Of a stretch of DNA of 64,000 bases, positions 26,401-35,400 are shown one piece after another (the first letter of the stretch is position 1; every line of letters starts with the position of its first letter). The notes under the pieces are model-generated. The model was not told where the DNA came from. It made no database searches and was given only the letters and a program-made list of their open reading frames with translations. The stretch lies in the IMG/VR virus record IMGVR_UViG_3300042291_001568, positions 32,001 to 96,000 of that record; one strand, written 5' to 3'. This DNA comes from a virus. Position numbers and translations under genes: made by a program.

Positions 26401-29400
26401 AAGAGTTGATCCAGGCGGCGCGCTGATGTGGCGAGCTCAAGGCAAGCCAAAGCCATGGTTTGGTGACACTGTTGACGAGCTCGACAGCATGCGCGATCCA
26501 GATGTTAACGAGCAAGCAGCTAACGTATTTGGCACAATGAGCGATGATCAAATCAAAGCAAGCGCGCAAAAAGTTGCTAACCTTACGCCAGAAAGAATTG
26601 AAGAAATTATTGACTCGGTTGTCACAAGCCCAGACGATGCTGCACTTCTCAAGGAGCGGTTGCTAAACCGTCGTCAATACATTATGGATCGTTTTGGCTT
26701 TGAAGAGCCTACAGACGTTCTCGGTGAGCCACAATCAATTGCTTCAGAAATGGGCATTGCTTCTAAGGATCTTCAAGCAGGCGATGTCACAGTCGGCGAT
26801 TCATTCGTTATTGAGCGCATATTCACTGATGCAGATACTAAGAAAGGCAAGGTAAGCGTTCAAGGATACTTCCCTGGCCACGAGTCACAAGTTAAGCAGT
26901 GGAACGAAAACACAGTCATTATGGCAACACGAGGCGGACAGCTTCCTGCTAAAGGCGACGCACCAGCGTTACACAGACCAGTCGCGCCTGCCAAGCCGCA
27001 GCCTGCCGCTTTCACTGGCTCAATCGCAGATGAACTCTCTGGAGCTCAAAGCTGGGACGAAGTTCGCAGCATCCTACGTGGAAAAACAATCGTATTCTTT
27101 GACTACGAAACAACTGGATTCCCAGACAAGAAGACAGGCGACAAGAGCAGCAACCAACCAGCGCAACTTGGCGCAGTAAAAGTTGTTGATGGTCAGATAG
27201 TTGACCGTTTCAACTTGTTCATGAATCCAGAAGAGCCTCTTGGCGGTTGGTCGCGCGATAACCTTAAGGGCGCAGACGGCACTCCACTAACCGATGAGCA
27301 ACTTGCCACGGCACTGGACAAAGGCGAAGCGCATAGGCAGTTCATTGAATGGGCTGGCCAAGATGTGATTTTAGCAGCACACAACGCTCCATTTGACCTT
27401 GGCGTTATGAATGAAACGCTTGGCAAAAAAGGACTAGAGTACGCGCCAACCGGTGGAGTTATTGACACTCTCAAGCTTGCGCAAACAGTGATTGCATCAA
27501 AGAAAGCTGCAGCTCATCACGTAAACAAAGATCAAATTAAGACTGGAGACCCGAGTGGGCCAGATACCCACCGACTAGGCGACCTTGCATCTCACTTTGG
27601 CGTTGAACTTGGAGACGGGTGGCACACTGCAGATGCCGACTCTGAAGCAACGTCAAACGTCTTAAACTCTCTTATTGACTACGCAGCCGGAGCAGACGGT
27701 GGAGACACGTCGCTCCGCAGCGTTCTTGATGCGGGTGACAGCTACCAAAGCAACATGGCCGAGTTTGAGGCAAGAAGTGCACAGTTCAAAGATGAGCTAG
27801 CTAACTATGAAATACAAAAAGCAATTGCCGCAGCATGGAATTGTCGTGGTGGAACAGTTGCAAGTATCGCAGCTCTTATCGCAGCAATTGACGACCCAGA
27901 CTGCAACGTCCCGTCAATTGATGACCTTATCAAGGCAGCAACTCCTGGTGGTACAGACTTTGTAGATCCAGAAGGTCTTCATACAGGAGATTCTTCTACG
28001 GGAGACGCTTACACGCTAGAAGCAGAAGAAATCCCAGAGATGGACGGCGTTGAGCCTCCGTTTATTCCAGGAATTGAAGATCCAGACGATGAATTCCGTC
28101 CAAGCGATCAGCAGCAGGCAGTAGTTGAAGCTTTGTTTACTGGCGGCGACATTGTTATTCGCGCAGCCGCTGGCGCGGGCAAGACGAGCACACTAAAGAT
28201 CCTCGCACGACGACTACAAAAGCACAAGCCAAAAGAGCGCGTGGCGTACATTGCCTTTAACGCTACAGTTGCCGCTGAAGCTCGTGAATCGATGCCATCA
28301 AATGTTGAAGTACGCACCGCTGACTCTATTTCAGTCAACTGGACAAAACTGAACTTTCCAAAGTTGCATAAGAAAAAGGGCGCAAAAGATACGCTTTACA
28401 GCCCTAGTGACATAGCTACTCATCTTAAAGTTCCAGCGATGACTGGAATGGACAATAAAGGCAAGCCAGCAAAACTGCCAGTGTCAGAGTCTGTCAAAGA
28501 ATTGCGTAAGGCAATTTACCAATTTACCATCAGTGCTGATAAAGAAATAGGACCACAGCATTTTGACTCCGATGCAGTAGAAGCTTCAGACATACCAAAG
28601 CTTGTTGAGGCCGCAGAAAGATGGTGGGCAGACATCTTAAGCGAAAACGGAAAAATGCTGTTTAGCTTTCCGCACATGAAAAAGATGTGGGCGCTTTCAA
28701 ACCCAGATCTATCAGATGACAGTGGCGGGCTTAAGACTCCAGCAAGCGTTATTTTTATGGATGAAGCGCAAGACATTAACCCGGTCTTAGGCCGTGTTAT
28801 TGCAGCACAGACAGCCCAAAAAGTCTACGTTGGCGACGAAAACCAAGCTATCTACCAGTTCATGGGCGCAGAAGATGAGCTACAAAAAGTAACAGTTCAG
28901 CACGATCTTCCTCTTACTAAGTCATATCGTTTTGGCGAAGTAATCGCGAGAAACGCAAACAGGTATCTACGGTTTAAAGAACGGTTCCTCGGCGAAAAGA
29001 AGACTTTTGCTGTTGAGGGAGCAGGCAAGTTCCCTGGAGAAATAGTTGCGGCTGGGTCTATGAAAAACGCTCAAGCTGTGCTTGTTCGTTCAAACGCTGG
29101 CGCATTTAGAGAAGTGCGCACTGAACTTTTAAACGACAGAATAGTTGGAGTCACAAAAGGCTTCAAAGCAGACTTAGATAACTTCATCATAGCTGTTGAC
29201 TGGCTTCAAGCACCAGAGGCCACGCGGGGAAGTCGCCCAATGCGGGTTCCAGAGGAACTCCGCGGATACAAGAATTGGGCAGAAATTGTCGACGAAGCCG
29301 CTAAGGAAGGCGACAGCGACTTTAGCCGCAAGACACGAATCTTAGTTGACGACGTTGAACAACTTGGACTCGAAGAACTTAAGTCATTGGCCAGCCGCGT

Positions 29401-32400
29401 CAAAGTACTTAAAGGCAAAGTCAATACAAAAGTTGTCGATGACGGCTCTCTTCCTGATCTTCCAGACGACCTGTCACCAGGCGTTGAAGGAGATGTTGGC
29501 CGTGACATTACTTTCTCAGTTGAAGAAGATGCAATTGTTCTTAGAGGAAGCACATACGGTGTAAAAGATCAAATAAAAACAGCCAATGGTGGTCCAGCAA
29601 AATATGACGGTGACCGCAAAGCTTGGATTATTCCAGCCAAAACAGACAAAGCTCGCCAAGCAGGACTTGAAAAACTTCAAAAAGTTCTTGCACCAGAAAC
29701 AGTCGCAGAGGCGTCATACGTAGACGTAGTTGTTTCATCAGTTCACCAAGCCAAAGGCGCCGAGTGGGACGAAGTTCGCATGGGCAACGACTTCTTTGGG
29801 CCACGAAAGCCGAAGAAGTCTGACGGCGGCGAAGATGCCGATTGGATTATGCCAACCCCAGTTGAGCTCAACCTCGCGTACGTTGGCGTTACTCGAGCCA
29901 AGAAAACTCTTGACCCTGGCTCACTCAATTGGATTGATAGTTGGGTAAAATCAGATGACCCAGAAATTATGGGACTTGTTGACGGCGTGGTTGTTGCACC
30001 AGAAGCACCAGAAGCACCAGAAGCACCTACAGCAGCAAGTGAAGATGATTCAAGTGCGCCAACAACTTCTCCTGATGTTGACGATGAAGTAGCTGAAACT
30101 GCTGAAACAATAGAAAGTGTTGGAGAAGCTGTTGAAGGAACTAACGATCCATTTGGGCCTGGCGGTGAAGCGCCGTCAGCAGAGCAGCAGGCAAAAGATT
30201 TAGAAGATTCATTTAACGAGTTAAGCGACTATGCGGATTCACTTACTGATCCAGAAGGCGAAAACAACCTTAAGACAGGCGCAAAGAATAAAGTAAAGAA
30301 AGCGCAAAAAGATCTAAAGCAACTTCAAAAAGATCTTGAGGATGGAAGCATTACGCAAGCAGAGGCTACAACCAAGCTTCAGCAAATGATTGCTGAGTTC
30401 CCAGATAGCGACTCAAATACTGAAGAAGCTCTTGACATGTGGACTTACCGGCAGACAATGATAGATCTCGAATCTGTGCTTACGGGAGAGCGCTATATGC
30501 GCCCGACTGGGAAAGGACTTCCACCTAGAGATGCAGTTGACAGCAAAGGCCGACCAGTTGGCTTTTCAAAGAATGGAAAGTTTATTCGCCTCGGAACTCG
30601 AGTCCGCGACAAGTGGGGATTCTCTGGAACAGTTGATTCGTACAACGAAAACGACTGGATTAACGTCAATGTTAGATATGACATTGATCCACGAGATCCT
30701 GCCAAGGTAAAGAAAGGCAAGTGGGGTCCAGGAGTTGCGCGAGTCTCTAAGAATAGCCGCACTCTTACCGTCATCGAGCCCGGCGACCGTGAACCATGGA
30801 TTGACAACGGAAGCGTTCCTGAAAACAAAAAGCCAAAGCAAATAGAAGAGCAAACTAGAATTCATCTAGACATGCTCGAAAAACGTGGTGAAACCGCGTG
30901 GGACGGCTCCGAAAAAGATAGACAAGAGCCAGGCGGCGACCTCCCAAAAGCTGAGGCCCCGCAAGGGGCTACCGAGGCTCCTGAAGAAAGCAAAGCATCA
31001 AAAGCAGAATTCATAAAAAATTCTGACTTTGTTGACGTACTCGCAGAGTACTACACCACGGCTAAACAAGCGTTCAATAAAGGCACACTTACTAAAAAAG
31101 ATTGGGACAGAGTACAGTCTTATTTTGGCTCGGATTCAATAGCCGTTAACAACTTTTTACGTAGTGGGAAGCGGCTGTGGCTTACCAATGACAAAGATAC
31201 TATTGAAAACGTAATCAAATCTATTGACGATATTTTCGATGTTGCTGGTGTTGAATTGCCAGGAAATGTAATCGTATTCCGAGGCATTTACGATGCAGAT
31301 AAGCTCTTCCCAGATGGCGTAAAACCTGGCGACGTGTTTGACGATCTTGGGTACTCTTCTACAAGCATTAAATCTGATGTTGCACGGACCTTTACCAACA
31401 CTGATGAAACAGCAACAGTCTTAGCAATAACTGTTCCGAGCGGAACAAAAATGCTAGCAAACAATACAGCTATTCAGGCTGGTCAACAGAAGAAGGAAAA
31501 AGAGATTTTGCTGCCAAGAGGATTGACATTTAAGGTCACTTCTGTTACCGAGCGCACTAAGCCGAATAAAGCATATTCATTTTTGCCTGAAACGTACAGA
31601 GAAATAGCAGTTGAAATTGTCAGCACTCCTAACGCAAAAGCACCTAAAGCAGAAGAAATACCAGCACCTCCACCATGGAATCCTGACGTAGACGCACCGG
31701 AAGAAACAGCACCCACAGTTGCCAATGCAAAACCAAGCGTCGAGCTTGCAGCTGCTGCTGACGATGCGCGCGTATCATTAGATGCGTACTTTGATGAGAG
31801 CTTTGACAAGGACGATGTTGAGCAGGCAACTAATAGTTTTTCCTTAAAAAAGACTAGCCACGGACAAGCAGCAGACGCAGTCGTTTACCGCAAAGGCGCT
31901 GACGGTTTTGAAGTACTAATGATTTCAAGAGAGTACGGTCCGTTCCGTGGAGCAATGGCTTTGCCTGGTGGATTTAGAGACGGCGAAGAGTCATTCGCTG
32001 ACACAGCGGATAGGGAAATGGCCGAAGAAGTCGGCATAGTAGCCGCAGACGCGATCAAGCGCACTGACCTCGGCACAGTTCTTGACTCACCAGATTGGGA
32101 CCCACGTTTTGTAAAAGGAATGAGCGTAGGAGCTGTGGCGTATGAAGTCGATGGCGACAAGGTAGAAGTGACAGCAGGCGACGACGCTACTGGTGCTGTC
32201 TGGATCCCGGTACTGGATCTTGCCAATGGAAAATACCCTATCGCATTCGGGCACGCTACGTGGCTTGCAGAAGCTTTTAGAGACAATCGAAAGTACAATC
32301 GTAAGTTTGAAATAATAAAGCAAGCATCTAAAGAACGCAATACGCGATTGATTGAAAAAATCAATGCTGTCCGTTCTGATCTTAACGAACCGGTGTTCGA

Positions 32401-35400
32401 GCAATACGGACCAAAAGCACCAGATTGGGTACCAGAAGGGCCAGGAAGATGGCGTGGCGCAGCCTTGACAGTAGACAGCGATGGTGTCACTATCGCCAAT
32501 GGTACAGTGTTTGATGACGTTGAAAAACTCAAAAATGGATCATTGAAACCACCAGTGCTTCCATTCTTTGCCCCAATGGGGAGCGAAGATGCGAAGGACG
32601 GCGACGGATACTACTTTGCTAAATCTGGCAAGCGCTATTGGGGTCGCTGGGGTGCTGAAGGAGTCTTATTGCGCAAGCAAGGTGCTGGCGGCGAGGTGCA
32701 GTACCTACTTGGAAAGCGCGCAGATTGGATTTCATCTGGAGGTGGTAAGTGGGCTTATCCAGGCGGTGCGCACGGGACACAGTTCAACGCCGAGCGCGGT
32801 GGGACTACGGGAAGAGCTGAAATACTAGAAGAACTTGGTGTTGAATTGTCGCATCCACTAGTCAAAGGCAGAGAAACAACTGCGCTTACTTATGAAAATC
32901 CAATAGAACCTGATTGGACGTACAGAACAGTTATTATTGATGCATCAGATGACAACGTTAAGCAAGTACAGATTAGCGATAATGAAACCTCAGAAGTTGG
33001 CTGGTTCACGGCTGACCAAATAAAGGAAATGAATAGCCAAGGAATGCTTCATCCGTCGCTTAATAACAACATTGAAGAAATCTTAAAGCTGTCAGAAAAA
33101 ACACCAGTTGAAAAGCCAGTTAGAGACTGGAGTGGCCTAGACATAGAAAAAATGGAAACTCTACCTAGTGGCTTAGCTTCCAAAAAAGGCATATCAACAT
33201 TAGATGAATACTTTGAAGCTGAAGAAGCCTTTTATAGCCTCATTGCATTAGACCGAGAGTTCGATGCGGGGCAACTTGCGGCGATGATTACGCAATCTCT
33301 AGAGTCAAGTAATGCTAAAAAATCAATGCTTGATAGGTGGGAAAAAGATCACTCTATGTCGGCATCACTAGAAGATCAACTAACCGACTACATAGATAGC
33401 TCTGACAAAATCGGCAACTCACCTATTGCCCGTTGGTTTGAAACAGTAGACTCTGACGCGATCGATCAAAGACAACTCCAAATAGAAGCTGGGTACGAAA
33501 AATACTCGGGACTTGGTAAGATAATTGAAAGAACAGGCAGACCTAGAGTTATTCCAGACGTTGAACAAGACTTTACCAAGTCAAATTTTGCAGAAATTCC
33601 AAGTCTTATGGCTGCTGCTCAGGCTGTCGTAAACAAGAAGCGCGCAAGCGGAAGTCAAGAGGTTGCAATATCTGCGATGGTTGATAGCGGTGATATTGAA
33701 GATCTGGAAGTACGCGCATCAACAGTTGTAGACGAAAATGGAGAAAGAAAACTGCGACTGCGGTACACGCTTACCTCGTGGGCTGGTGTCGCTTTTGGCA
33801 ATCGTGTTGCTAAAGATCCTGACTATAGAAGAGATGTAGTGAAAATGCCAAGTTCTTTTCTGAATAGCAATAAAGACATTGTTCTAGACAGCGGCACTGC
33901 TGTGTGGCAATTTGATGAAGGAGTTTCCTATGTGTGGGATTCAGAAGACCTAGGTACCGTAGAAGATCAAAAAAGACCATTTACAATTACTTTTGTCCAA
34001 GCGTCTGACGACCCAAATCAAGAAGAACTATATCTGAGCACCAGTGCTCGTGCACCAAACGCTCTTCATAACCAAGTTGTCATTGATCTTCCGTTGGATG
34101 CGACAAATGCTGAAATAACAGATGCGCTAGGACTAGGCGGAGTGCGAGATCCGAGACCGACAACCCAAAAAGACCTAGAAATTGCGGTAGAAAATAGATT
34201 TCTTAGCCTTTTTGGAAAAATGACAGATGCAACTCAAAACGCTGAGTCGCAGGGGAAAAGACAAAGAATGCTAGACACGATTAAAGCTGACTGGGGCGTG
34301 TCGCCTAGCGATGTAACTGTGTCAGTGAGCTCTACTGGCCATATTGAGTACCGTATTCCAGAGGATGTTGCAATAGAAATAGAAAAGTCAACAGGTGTCA
34401 AGTACATGAACCACAGCATATTCACTTCCGCGTATATAAAAGATTATGAAAAACAAAACGAAAAAAAGCCAGGCTACATTGACTACCATAGCATGACTCC
34501 ACGTCAAAAAGCTGATGTAATTGCTGAAGGTCTTATGAAGTTGATAGAAGCCGGCGGACTTATGTCTACAGTCAGCCGTTATCAAGAAGGTCGGCAGTTT
34601 TTTGGAATGTCTTCTAACGAGGATATGGGCACTGGCGGCGCCGACTATGTATTCCTTACACCAGCAGATGACTTCGTGGGCTCTATCGGAACTCCATTTA
34701 GAGAAGAAGACGCAGCCATAGCATTTAATGCACGAAATCTGCTCCAAAGAATAGATATATACGCGAACAGGGACGATAAGTATGGCGAAAGAAGAGAGTC
34801 GCAAGACATTATTAGCAACATTGGAGTGTACACGCACGAATTCATGACAAAACACGGCGCGTCTCTTGATGATGCTAAGCACATGTCAGTGTCGCGGTTA
34901 GTGCGTGAGTCTTTGCTAAAAAAGCTAGCTCAAAAGAATATCAGCAAAATTGGCGGAAGAGACGTGGAAGAAGTTATTGTTGAAACTGGATCAAAAAGAA
35001 CTCAGGACATCATACAAAGTAATTCTGCTGGCAAAGATAACATTTTATTATTTAATAATTATTTGGAAAGTATTGACGCTGAGCCAGTTAACTTTAACGA
35101 GTATGTTGCTACAATAGAAGCGGCCTCAACATCTCTTGAGGGCCCAAGCTCGTCGTACAACAAAAAAACTATAACGTACTACCCGGCACCTGAAGGATCA
35201 GTTGTACTAGCTACTAGGCACGCTACTAGCCCTAACATGCTGCTAAAAGACGGTGACATGTTGATCGTTCGGCACCCAGATGGGACACTTTGGCAGTACC
35301 CGGCAATTTCTACAGGTGACTATTCTTGGGGAAGTGAGCCGAACGTGATGACTGATAGCGGCCTGGCAGCAACTATAACGGAACTAAGACTGCCTGTTCC

